The notes beneath the pieces were generated by a model. The model searched no databases, had not been told where the DNA came from, and saw nothing but the letters and a program-made list of their open reading frames with translations. From Paraglomus brasilianum (Eukaryota), in the NCBI GenBank assembly GCA_910592345.1, contig CAJVPI010000155.1:1-47991 (forward strand): a stretch of DNA of 47,991 nt, read 5' to 3'. A program made the position numbers and the translations under genes. Below are positions 12,901 through 29,070 of the stretch, in pieces; positions within the stretch are counted from its first letter, which is position 1, and each line of letters opens with the position of its first letter.

Positions 12901-13740
12901 AGGTGGTGGGCAGGCTGCAACGAAGCAATGCACAACGTTAATAGAAAGGCATTATTTAAAGCTATACTAACAAGGAGGGTGCGGTGTATGAAGGCACGTA
13001 CAATGCTAAGCTAATATTGGCTTTGTGGTATTTAGAAAATAGTAGTCAGAACGTATTGCTTACCAGGCTCTAAAAGGCTTCTAAGGTAATTAATTTTCTG
13101 CTGTCCGACCGGCAATTAGCAAGGATTTGATTTGCAGAAGCTTGTTGTTTTTCGTTTTTGGTAAAGTACACAGAAAATAAAACCTTTTCACTCTCAGTCA
13201 GATTAAGAATGAAAATTTCCTTGAGCACATTCATATTATTGGTTGACATGGTGTTTGTTGACCTTGGAAAAGTTTGTAAGACTATTAAAATGCTGGTCCT
13301 TAATTATGCACTGCGCTAGACAAGCTTGCAGAGAGATATCGTTCAGCAAAATTAAAATTTATTCCTCGGCTTACTTCCTATCTCTACGACCTTAATCATA
13401 ATTTAGACCCAACAATTACCTAATACCATCATCTGTGAAGAAAGGAGAATTTGAATCCTCACGTTATTTCTGCACGAAAAAAGAAGGCAACAGCTAAAAA
13501 AAAGTCTTAATTTAAGCATGCATATTAGCCAAATTGGGGGGGTGGTTTATTTTTATTTTTATTTTCATTTTTAATTTAATTTAATTTATTTTATTTTATT
13601 TTATTAGCTTAGCATTATGTAACATAACTTTTTTTTTAATGCAAATGGTAAAGTGTATGTATGAAGGAAGTAGAGTATAAATTATATAATAAACCGAGTT
13701 TATTAACCTGTCGCTTCACTGACAGTATAACTGCATGTGT

Positions 13741-13971
13741 GTAGTGTGTACCCGTCAATAATGCGAAAATAACGACAAAAATAAACTATTAAACACTATA
13801 ATCATTTCTCCTATATTATATAAAACATATAATGTAACATCCCTGGATATTAATATACAATGTTCCGGCCTGTCATTAGAATTTTAAGGCTTGTAGTCCT
13901 AGAGCAAGCAACATAAAGTTGGCCATGAGAAAATACTGAGTCGGCAAATAAACTCCTACGTAATTTAAAGT
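13741..13971 (-). mobile_element. Helitron 3' fragment (C-terminus of the Pif1-like RepHel helicase plus probable degenerate 3' end)
   Basis: Minus strand reads TLNYVGVYLPT, one frameshift, then VFSHGQLYVACSRTTSLKILMTGRNIVY*, the hallmark Helitron helicase C-terminal motif. About 100 nt further, GACGGGTACACACTAC resembles a decayed ACGGG...CTRR terminus. Confidence 0.75.
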
Positions 13972-14494
13972 GACACTAATCCGCCCAAAACAGATAAAAA
14001 TTTTTTTTCGTTTTCTTTTCCTGCATTAGCTAATTCTATAGTAGAAATGTGCGGGTCGTTGCTAACAAGATCCTCGACCCTGGCAATTTTTTCTGACGTC
14101 ACTGCTTCGCGAGGACGTCCAGAACGAGCCTTGTCTTTAATTTCTTCTTCCCCGTCTTTGAATGTAACAATCCAGCGTCTAATTGTGCTAATAGACAATG
14201 CTTGTTCCCCTTTTACATTCACCAACTCTTCGTGGATTTGAGTCACATTTCTGCCATTTTTCCAAGAAGCGAAAATAAAGTACCGTTGGTCCTTACGGCT
14301 CATTTTTTTCCAGTCGTTTTACTATGGTTTACAAAAAAAAGGTTTCTCGACAATGAGATAATAATTTGCCTCTACTTTTTTTTTCATTTGTTACATGAAA
14401 GCATGCGCATTTTATGATTATTCCAATTTTTAGTTAAATTGACGCAATCTCGAGTTAGAGAGCCACACGCAAAACTTTTCAGCCCCCCCACGTA
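13965..14494 (-). mobile_element. 5' part of a mariner transposon (TIR plus truncated transposase HTH domain)
   Basis: ORF 14303-13965 has IHEELVNVKGEQALSISTIRRW..FKDG...DKARSGRP, the mariner HTH region. TIR TA-CGTGGGGGGGCTGAAAAGTTTTGC at 14494-14469. No catalytic domain or second TIR found. Confidence 0.85.
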
Positions 14495-15555
14495 CTATTG
14501 TTCATCCATCACAATGTATTTAACTAATCGTTATTAATAGAAGATAATATTATTTAAATAATGAAATATTGATAATGAAAATTATAAAAGCGAAAAGAAA
14601 AAAAAAGAAAGAATTGAAAAATCTTTATTGTATGTAATAGTCAAATAAATCGACTTGTTGTAATTAAGAAATATAATAAACTGGAAATAACAAGCCATAT
14701 TCTTCTGATAAAGACGTCTGGCTGCATTTGTAGAGGAAATCGTTAGTTTCAGTGAAAAGAAAGGATATCGATAAGAATAAGATTAGATTATATTCGACTT
14801 TGTTTATAAAAATACATTAGATATCATAAATGTTGTAATGATGCAGGCGCGAGATTGACTTTAAAAATGGATTGGGATTATCGTTAGCGTTATGCTGGAT
14901 GTTTCAAATACTACATACATACTGTTAAAACATTTAGCGAAAAGAGACGATGATCACGGAAGCCATACCATCCAAGGTATTAATTTATACTATTACCAAA
15001 GGCAGCTGAACAAGGGCTTGCTATATAGCAAATCTTGGTTAGTGTGTTACAAAAACCAAAGAAAGCCTTTCAAACGCGTATATGTTATGCAATATGAATT
15101 AGTTGTTTGGTGTAAACACTTGCGGTTGTCAAAAAATTTAAAAAATTTTCAGTTCAATCCTAGCTTTTTGCTGTTAGATTCGACTACATGACTCGAGATC
15201 ATTAGTGGCGTCTCAATAGTCCAGCCTTAAATCCCATAAACAATTTATGAAAAAGTATGTGAGAAGTTAGTGCGGTTTATGGTCGGAGAATGGATAAAAT
15301 TTCTGCTCGTATGCTATTAAATATCGCATGAAAGAGTATAGCATGTTCACTAAAAACAAGGACATCAATCATGGAGCATGTAATGAAGTGGGTAACGAGA
15401 AGGACCCTTGTAACAAAGTAAGGTTCTTATGGACAATGATGCCAGCAACAAACAGAGCGCAAATATATTAATTTTGCAGATTTATAATATTATCATCTAC
15501 ACTGTGCTAATGTTATTAATTGCTAACTTGAATAACGTAAACGTCTCAAGTCAAA

Positions 15556-19402
<3,847 letters not shown>

Positions 19403-19563
19403 AGTAATAGTAAAACCAAATTGTAGAAATATTTTTGTTGGATGTTGCCTCAAGTGCAGGCGCGCGTGTCCAATTGTGTCACGGTATTCGTGTAACGTAT
19501 ACGCGTCTTGTTTATATGCACTTTTCTCTTCTACACATATTTTGCATACTTACAAAACAGAAG
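19403..19563. promoter_or_regulatory. 161-bp bidirectional promoter with MCB/E2F-like elements
   Basis: Lies between divergent ATGs at 19402 (-) and 19564 (+). Contains GGCGCGCGTG (19459-19468) and ACGCGT (19501-19506). Confidence 0.65.
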
Positions 19564-22500
19564 ATGCCACGTACCGATAGCAGCCGTATGAACAAGTATC
19601 GTTCAGTATATTCTAAAGAGAAGCAGAGAGAATTAGACCCCGGAATCTTATCTGAAGCTGTAGTGAAGTGGTTAAAGGAAGAACTCGGACATCGTCCTGG
19701 GCGAACTTCTCTGGTGACTGAAGACGTATCAGAAAACGAATTAACAAAGGAGGTCATTCAAAAGTACGAAATTGAATAATTATTAAAGAGGAGCCTTCGA
19801 TTTTATTGACTCTGTGAAATTCTCTAATCATTACTTTATTTCAAGAGTCTGTAAAAAAGAATTTATTCCAATATTTCGATTTCTCGTCGATAACGTCAAA
19901 TCCTCAAAGTAAGTCTGATGTATAATTATTCTCAAAGTCACTACACATTCGGCATACTAACGTTATGTTTAACGATAGAGAAGTGGCAAGAATTCGACAG
20001 CAACAAGTAGCGTAAGTACTATTTATACGCATATATATACTTTTAATATTTATAAGTAAACCACTTACCGTTTACTAAGAAATTTATTTGTCCGTCATAG
20101 TGGTGCCTCTGTTAAGAATTCATCAGTACGTGGACCAAAGTTAGAAAAGAAATCAAAGAAGATAAATGCTCGTATTGTTGTTGAGGAGAAGCAAACAGAA
20201 ACACTGATTGCTAAAATTGATGAAGTTGGTGAGTCATAGTTGACATGTTGAATATGCTCAGGGTTGATTATTGACACCGAATATCATTTAGAGTCAGAGA
20301 TAAGAAAACTTAGATTTGAGATAGACGATAAACGAAATAAGCTGTATATGAAACGCGCGTATCATGCGGTATGCGAGGACATTATTGAGACTACGAAAAA
20401 ACATGAGAAGATAGTGAATGAATCAAAGGGCAACACTGCTGTTTCTGAAGACATCAAGTATGTATGCTGTTGTCGCGTTTGGTAAATGTTCAATGCTTAA
20501 ACATTTACATTGTTTTCCGTATAGATTAAAACTGGGAACCGAGACATCAACAATGGTAGTGTCTGTTAATCGATAAGTTTGCTTATTTCACCAACAGACT
20601 TCTGACAGATTTTACAGCTAGAAGTGAAGGAGATTTGTGAAAAGATAAAGTTGTTCGTGCACAATATGATATCCAAGTATGGAAAACCCTTGATTGTAAA
20701 ATATTTATTTAGGTATTCGCTCAAGTGTCTTACCTATTCTTAATAGTGATGGATATAATAATGAGAAGATTATTGCCAATATACGTATGCCAGTTGACGT
20801 ATGTAGTTATAGAATCAATATGTTAATCGCTATGAGGAACTACAGAATTTTACTAACTGTTTTGTATATTGATAGGATTTGGTGAAAAGAATCCCATCAA
20901 CAGTGATATTGAAATCAATATCCAACGTAATGAAATCAACTACGCATGATTTGAAGTATTCTATTGTTTTATTATTGCTGTCGGTTGCATTTTAAGAAAT
21001 ATGAAATATAAATGACGGTCGCAATACGTTTTATCTAACGTAGAATACAATCAGACGAATACGTGCAAAGATTCAAAGAGACAGGAAATGAGGATGCACA
21101 TGAGATTCAACGCCTTCTACATGTAAGACAATAAGCGTCTTTTGTCTTTGTTGGTTCATGTATTCATCACTCATGTCATCCTACTCATATATGCACCATT
21201 AGCAATCGCAATTGAATCATGTCGATAGATTCGTTGAGACAGAGAAGATTCTTAATGAAATGTCTGGAATCGAGGACAAGATAGAAATGAAGTTGAGGAA
21301 AATAGGAAATCTTGTTCAAAGTGGCTACTCTCATGCTCCCTCTCTATCGAACCAAATAATGTCAGTTTTACAATATATTTGATTGTAGACGTATGCGAGA
21401 ATATGTATTGATATGACTTCTATTACTTTTTTAGGTTAGCTATAAAGTCAAAGGCTGAAACTGAAGCAGCACAGGCATCATTCAATAAATTACAAAATCA
21501 TGCAGAACTGCTAAAGAGTCAATGTGCTGCCATTGGGCCTAGGAATGATGAGCTGAATGGATTAATTGATCTAGTCACGGCATTAGATCGTACTTTGGTA
21601 AACAAGAAAAAGTGAATTTATTTTTATGAAAGAAATACTGTCATTAATTTGCACATATATGTAAACCAATTTATTAACTTGAAGTATTAACTTTTTATCA
21701 ACAGAAAGAGAAGAAAACTGCAATACAGAGTTTGATCAAGTTCAACTCTTCAATCAGAAGTAATCTCGTGGTTAAAATTAATGAGGTAACTGTTAATTTC
21801 TCGTGCTCGCTTTATTCATTTTCAAGACGCTAATCATATCCGATTTTATCCATAGACAATCAACTTTGTAGAAGATACCCTTATACCGTTCTCATCGACC
21901 ATTGAACCTTTGAGTAAAGATATTGACGAACGCATTATTCGTGAGAGTGAAAGGTTTCTTAATACAACGTTGTCTAAAGCGAATCAAGTTAATATTCGTG
22001 GGTACGAGCTCATAGTTTTAACATATTGTAGTATAATGCTGAGTTTATTGGTTGCAATGACTTCACTTACGTGTTTGTTTGAGTTTAGTATGTCTCGATG
22101 CTTAGATACGTTGGGGGTTTATCGCACACATGATGACGAATTCATACAGTATATAAAGAGAGCATTACGAATTCCCTCTCAAACGGTATTGGAGCGCATG
22201 TTCATGATTACAGGAGTAACCTTGATATCATAATAATCCAATGAAACTGTTTATATTCTGTAGGCCATTGAAGAGATTTTTCCTGCAATTGACAGAATTA
22301 AGAGAGAAGGTACATATTTTATTGGTGTTGCTGTTAAGTACTCAATGGTGATTAACAATTATCAACTAATAGGACTAGCGTATGAACTAGCATTCATGCA
22401 TTTGAAATATAGCATGAAAGCTTGTCATTTTGATTTTCAGTCAATGGGTAAGCATGCATAAACTTATTTGCCGTCTGATACATTTGTTGACTGATACCAT

Positions 22501-22818
22501 TTACTATCATCTACAGTAAATCAGATGCTATTCTCAGTGCGTGCAAATAATATAAGTTCAGATATGGATGAGACATATTCAAAGACTATAGATGCATCCA
22601 GAAGTGCTGTAGACATTCTTAAGAGTAAGTTTTATATCAATGTAATGACTACAGCAGCCTATTGTTATAACATAATTCTATACATTGCAGAGCGTTTACG
22701 ACGACAAGAGCAAGAGTTTTTGTCCAATGAAGTGGAAAAATTGAAACAGGAAATAAGCAAGGCTGAGAATGCAGAGGATATTATTAACGATATTCAAGAG
22801 ATTATCGCTGAGAAGTAA
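19564..22818 (+). CDS. HAUS5: Augmin complex subunit 5 (HAUS5/AUG5)-like coiled-coil protein with many short exons; 3' end uncertain (possible extra exon to about 22962)
   Basis: Spliced N-terminus EAVVKWLKEELGHRP...KEVIQK/VCKKEFIPIFRFLVDNVKSSK/EVARIRQ matches the AUG5/HAUS5 N-terminal pattern as I recall it (EAI.EWL..EMGYR...IRKICRG..IPIW.FL..RVKSEK.V.RIR). Coiled-coil exons with GT-AG introns follow. Confidence 0.7.
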
Positions 22819-23017
22819 GTGTAATGTGAACTGTAAATTATTGAGCTATTACTGTTGCCTGTGTTATTGGCTTACTCCTGGACACTTTAATCATATAGTA
22901 AGATGATATATGTAATAAGAACCTTTAATTCATGTAATACAAATGAAAGACAGTGCTTATAAAGCCATTATTGATGATTGTTTCATTTTCAATGATGAAT
23001 GTGTCCATATTAATATG

Positions 23018-24600
23018 CTACATTACAACGTTGGGGTGGTGTTTCTTGGCACCAGGTATTTGGATCCTTTCGAAAAACTTCATCGATAATTTTTGCATAC
23101 GTGAGCAACATTCCTTTTGCGTAATCTGTCTCTCTGAACAGAATCGCTTTTCACTTTCGTTTTCATTTACGATATTTTGTATCGATTCTAATAAATCGAA
23201 CTGAAATACCATTCTAACTGTAGCGCGAACGCTACGTCTAGCAGTATCAAAAATATTCCATACGCAAAAGTTTTTTCGACAAATCAATATTATCTACAAC
23301 GCAAACGTTCCATAGTTTCTTTTTTTATTATTTTATTCTCCGGTTTCGTGTCTCTAACTCTCTGCCGTTCTAACGCCTTTTCTGATATGAGCGGTCTAAA
23401 GTATCGCAAACCAATTTGGGCTTGGTACACAAACTCCCCAATACGCGTGTCAGCCATATGCTGAAGCGATGTTTAAAAGCATCGACAATAGAAATATAGC
23501 GATTTTTTTTCATTATCTGGAAGCTCCTTTAATCCTCCGCTCGTTCGCCGTAGATTATTTATGTGGTTTCTTTTTCTTAAAACAACAGCAATGAGTAATA
23601 TAAAAAATCTTAACAAAGCCGGTGGGAAACTTCAACTATCGACGACGGTGACTCGAGCCATTCATTTCCATAATTCGCTACCTAAATTCTCGCCAATCAC
23701 TGATTATGATGCAACTTCCGGTGTAAATCTATTTTCCTCAAGTTCGTTGGCGTCTAGGGAATTCAGTTTTTAATAGAATGTGGCTTATTAATAGGGTAGT
23801 GTATTCCTTTTCTCCACTAAATGTCACTAGCGAGGATGAAAGCTTTTTTTTTATTTTTATATTATTTGACTTGGTAGTGTTCATTATACATTGCCTGAAA
23901 ATCTGAAGCGTATCAGAGACATCATCGCTATGTTGTCCTCGCGAATATCATCGTGGACGAGATTTAGCTATCGGCCCAACGCTTATCATTAACACTATAT
24001 GCCTGATATGTTGATGCTATAGGATCAATATCTCCATTATGACAGCGCTATTCCAATCCCGTGACTGTAATATTGCATTTCCCCGTCTACAAAAAATATT
24101 CATTTATTATTATACACAGAACGCAAAGCCATGGTGATGGCTGGATGACAGTGCTGTCACATGAAAAACTGTACCCAGAGCCAAGACGTTATACAAGTGT
24201 CCATCATTTTAAAACAATGGCTGCAAATAAACCGCATCATTATCGAAAAATGATTTGGGCATTCCTTCCATCTTAAACACCGGACACACTTTAAAGAACT
24301 TATTGGTAACACGGATGGCATGTTCGACACAATTGTGACCCATACTGAGGAATGATTTGTATTTCTTACTCGTGTTATGAAGTTTTTTAGCATCGTGGGC
24401 AAAATGAGGTGAACATACACCGAGGATCGTTCCTTCCATACGAGATTTTTGAAACATTGCTTTATCTATTTCCCAGGTACCTAGCAATTGTGATAAAGGT
24501 CGCTGGTTTTTCATGATGTTGCCGCATGTTCTAATCTCACCATTTACTATATCTATATGCCTTCCATTCCACACCAGCGTGCTTGATGTTCGTGCTGTAG
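23018..24600 (-). pseudogene. Frameshifted relic of a large Cys/His-rich, probably transposase-like gene
   Basis: Collinear fragments across frameshifts: DIVNGEIRTCG...RPLSQLLGTWEID...LGVCSPHF, CVEHA, RFICSHCF/DGHLY, LWNVCVVDNID/EKTFAYG/NIFDTARRSVRATVRMVFQF, HPNVV. Resembles a repeated hypothetical-protein family I recall from Glomeromycotina genomes. Confidence 0.55.
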
Positions 24601-24876
24601 AAATGAGTCGTGTTGGTTTCTTTATCGTATGTTCAGAGATTTGAAGAGATGAGTTCGATCTAAAACGCGTAGGTTTATTGTTTAAGGCAAGTTATACATG
24701 TTTGAAACATCCGTAATTTCTTTCACTAAAATCAAACTCACTTTATAATCACCGCATCGCATGGCTGCAGGTGTGCAGTAGTGGAAAGACACAGTCACTG
24801 GATACAATATCTACCCACGATCGAGCGAACTCCACCTTAGAGCAGGTAAACAGATTCTGATAAAAGTGACCATGTG

Positions 24877-25147
24877 ACCGGAACCGGTCCTGGTTCCGCT
24901 TTGACACCTTTAGCGTTCAATCGTAGGTATAAACAAATAAAGAGTGCAAAATTCCTGGTTCCGCTTTGGCAATTGACCGCTTAACGCGTCCTTTACCAAA
25001 GCTCGGTCGGCAACCTGGCAAGAGCACTTTTACCGCTTAACGCGTCCTTTGCCAAAGCTCGGTCAGCGACCTCACCTTTATTTTTAGCGTTCAATCAATC
25101 GTAGGTGCTACTAATAAAGGAACGCAAAACTCCAAAGTTCGGTCAGC
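24877..25147. repeat. Modular direct-repeat array (A-B-A-C-C-B-D), probable subterminal repeats of the adjacent element
   Basis: A TCCTGGTTCCGCTTTG at 24888 and 24953; B TTTAGCGTTCAATC..GTAGGT..AATAAAG at 24909 and 25083; C ACCGCTTAACGCGTCCTTTRCCAAAGCTCGGTC at 24976 and 25032; D is a partial C at 25132. Confidence 0.85.
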
Positions 25148-25524
25148 TTCCAATGAATCCTATATCATACTATTTGACGGTTCTAAAGATTATATTTGGT
25201 ATAACCAGTATAGGACCGATTCGGGTAAGCGAAGTTTCATCGGTTTGACGCTAATTTGCTATATGATAATACGTTGTAGTGAATTTTAATCGATAAGCAA
25301 TAGGAGCTACAAAGATCCACCTTCACTTTTGAGTTTGAAAACACCATTTTCATATACATTCTGTATGCATACATACTCTACGTGTAATAAGGTGGCTTAA
25401 AGAAATAAATATAGGACGTGCTAATAATAGCAAAACTTAATCTTAGTTTTACGAAAGCTTTTGCGACCACAATTTGATTTTCGGTATGCATTTCGTTGAT
25501 CCAATCAAATCCTAATCAGATCAT

Positions 25525-25580
25525 TACCGCGTCAATGTGATCGCGAGAAATTTCGGTATAAAATGCCGCGTACGCGATTC
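25525..25580 (+). promoter_or_regulatory. RNR1 proximal promoter: four CGCG (MCB/SCB/E2F-like) cores around a TATA-like box
   Basis: CGCG at 25528, 25542, 25567 and 25573, and TATAAAA at 25557, all within about 110 bp of the ATG at 25634. Confidence 0.7.
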
Positions 25581-25633
25581 ATTCTTAAGATAATAAAGAA
25601 CGCAACAACACCGCACAACACGCACATTCAACA

Positions 25634-28600
25634 ATGTTTGTTCGCAAGAGAGGTGATTAAAAAAGCTTTACACTATTATAAAGTCATTTACCTTTATAAT
25701 AGAGGGCAGGAATAGTCTTCACGGACAATTGACCTATGTTCTCGTTGTCTCGTAGACGGCCGAAAAGAACGCGTTTTCTTCGACAAGATAACGTCAAGAA
25801 TATCAAAGTTATGTTATGGTTTGAATATGGAATTTGTTGATCCGCCCAAAATTTCTCAAAAGGTACCGCTGAATAAAACAGATGCCAAGCGCATTTCAGA
25901 AAGAAAGAAATTCTAAATCTTAATTACCAATGTGCACTAACATAACTTCTGGACAACCAGGTTGTGAGCGGGATGTTTCAGGGAATCTCTACTGTTGAGT
26001 TGGACAATCTTGCAGCAGAGACGGCTGCTTACTTGACATGTAACCATCCGGATTATGCTATACTGGCTGCTAGAATAGCAATCTCTAATTTACACAAGGA
26101 GACAAAAAAACAAGTGCGCAGATCAAAGCATTTATTTCTTGTTAATGAACCTCTTGATGGAGCACCAATATGTTGATATCTTTATCCTATATGTACTTTA
26201 GTTTAGCGCAGTAATTCGGGACCTCTACAACCACACCCACCCTGCTCGCAAAATACGCGCTCCTTTAATATCGCAAGAGACCTACGACATTGTTATGGAG
26301 AATGCCGAGCGCCTTAATTCCGCAATAATATACGACAGAGATTATAGCTACAATTATTTTGGATTTAAAACACTAGAAAAGAGCTATCTAATGCGAATTG
26401 ATGGTAATTAATTCACTATCACAATTGTTATTTTATGTGGTTTCTTTTACTGATTCTTTTTTATTTATAATTAATTAGGGAAGGTTATCGAAAGACCGCA
26501 ACATATGCTTATGCGCGTAGCAATCGGTATTCATGGGCGCAATATTGAGGCTGCTATCGAAACGTATAATCTCATGTCAGAAAAATACTTTACACATGCA
26601 AGTCCTACTCTTTTTAACGCTGGAACACTGCGTCCCCAGATGTCAAGTTGTTTCTTGGTGCAAATAAAGGAAGACAGGTAATGTCGAATACTGTTATGTA
26701 AAAATTGGTTTGATTTTTATTATAATAACACATCAAACCGTTTCTCATCTAGTATTGAAGGAATTTACGATACTTTGGCAACATGTGCCTTAATCTCAAA
26801 AGCTGCTGGTGGCGTAGGCATCAGTGTTACGAAGATTCGCGCATCCGGCTCATATATAGCAGGAACTGGAGGTTATTCGAATGGACTTGTTCCCATGCTT
26901 AGAGTATTCAATGATACCGCGCGCTTTGTCAATCAGGGTGGTGGGAAACGGAACGGAAGCTTTGCGATGTGAGTACGCATCTGTGTATTATATGTATAAT
27001 ATCATACGCACACTGACCCTTATTTGTAAAAGTTATATCGAGCCGTGGCATGCGGATATATTCGAATTCCTTGACTTGAGGAAAAACGTTGGCAAGGAAG
27101 AAATTCGAGCGCGAGATTTGTTTCTGGGTTTATGGGTGCCCGATCTCTTTATGAGGCGTAAGTCTTTATAATGATTCAGAATTGCATTATACAAGAATCT
27201 AATAAAGAGGTTAACAATGAATTATAGGGGTTGAGAATAAAGAAGACTGGTCATTATTCTGTCCTGCCGAATGTACTGGTCTAGACGCAGTATACGGAGA
27301 GGCATTTGAGGAATTATACACTAAATACGAGAGAGAAGGCAGAGCACGTAAAACCATATCAGCTTTGAAGTTATGGTATGCTATTGTTGATGCCCAAATC
27401 GAAACTGGAATGCCATATATGTTATATAAAGGTATGAAATACTGTAAATTGTCTGATATGAAATGTACCATCGGTGACGGTTCTAAGATTTTATTTCGCT
27501 TCTCTTGACATAGATACTTGTAATTCTAAATCCAATCAGAAGAATCTTGGAACTATTACCTGCTCTAATTTATGTACCGAAATTATTGAATATACTGCAC
27601 CAGATGAAGTAGCAGTGTGCAACCTGGCATCTATTAGTCTGCCAAAATTTGTTGATACAAAAGCGAAAACATTTGATTTCAATAAGTTGCATGAGATAGC
27701 CAAAGCTGTAATTAAGAATCTAAACAAGATAATTGACCAGAACTATTACCCGGTTCCGGAAGCGGAAAAGAGCAATAAGAGACATCGACCGTAAGTATGA
27801 AGCAATTCTATTTGTCTTGCTATGCGTTTACTGAATATATCTGTGTAAATCCCAACAGAGTCGGACTTGGAATTCAAGGTGCGCATCAACAATTACACTC
27901 TTAGATATTATTGATGTATGTGATGTCTAATTCGTTTCATTTGTAAGGTCTCGCTGATGCTCTAATACTTCTGCGATATCCGTGGGAATCCGAGGAAGCA
28001 CGTCAGCTAAATTATGACATATTTGAGACCATGTATCATGCTGCTCTTGAATCCTCCTGTGAAATTGCAGCTATAGAAGGACCTTATTCCACGTATGAAG
28101 GTTCGCCTATAAGTCAAGGGATTCTTCATTATGAAATGTATGAGATCCTACCTTCCGACCGATGGAACTGGGCAGAGCTCAAAGAGAAGATTAAGAAACA
28201 TGGTGTACGGAATTCCCTGTTGATTGCTCCAATGCCTACAGCCTCCACCAGTCAGATTATGGGCAATAACGAGTGTTTTGAACCATATACAAGCAATATA
28301 TATCAAAGACGTGTTTTGAGTGGAGAATTCCAAGTTGTCGTAAGTGATCGAAGCAATACTTGAATAGAATGTGAATAACGATTAATGTTTAATTTTATAA
28401 ATTCATTAACACTGTTGCATACCGCTTATACAGAATTACCATTTGTTAAAAGATCTAACCGAAATGGGCGTATGGAATGAGAAAATGAAGAATGAGATAA
28501 TTGCTGCGAATGGATCGATACAAGACATTGCCGAATTGGATGATAATCTGAAAAAATTATATAAAACAATCTGGGAGATTCCACAGAAAGTATTAATTAA

Positions 28601-29070
28601 TCTTGCAGCTGATAGGGCCCCATTCATCGACCAGTCACAGTCGCTAAACGTGTTTCTTGCTGAACCTACGATAGCGAAAATTTCATCAATGCATTTGTAA
28701 GTTAAATGTTATTTGTTATTAAGACTAGACGGCTTGCTAATTGGAATCGTATTAAACTCAGCCACGCGTGGAGAAAAGGCCTTAAGACGGGGATGTATTA
28801 TCTACGTTCAAGACCAGCTGTCGATGCCATTAAATTTACAGTAGATCAAGTGTCATTGGCTAAGAGTAAAATCAATGGCAATTCGACAAAAGAGGACAAG
28901 CCTCTAGACGAAGATAGCGAGAAGCAACAAATGGCACTCATGTGCTCGGTAAGATATTTAGCAACTTTGTTTCTAATTGATGATTTATTGATTGAACAAG
29001 TTTATGTAATTCTTTATACTCTCGTTTACAGCTAGAAAATCGGGACGCGTGCGTTATGTGTAGCGGATAA
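25634..29070 (+). CDS. RNR1: Ribonucleoside-diphosphate reductase large subunit (class Ia), about 14 exons
   Basis: ATP-cone start [68 protein letters not shown]-terminal CVMCSG*. The exons I checked join in frame via GT-AG introns. Confidence 0.97.

Noticed and set aside
11400..13450. Possible decayed LINE (zinc knuckle and endonuclease-like traces on the minus strand)
   Set aside because: Only vague similarity across many frameshifts; no motif I can support.
24877..25147. Repeat array as a CRISPR-like locus
   Set aside because: Eukaryotic context, several different modules in irregular order, no constant repeat-spacer period and no cas genes.
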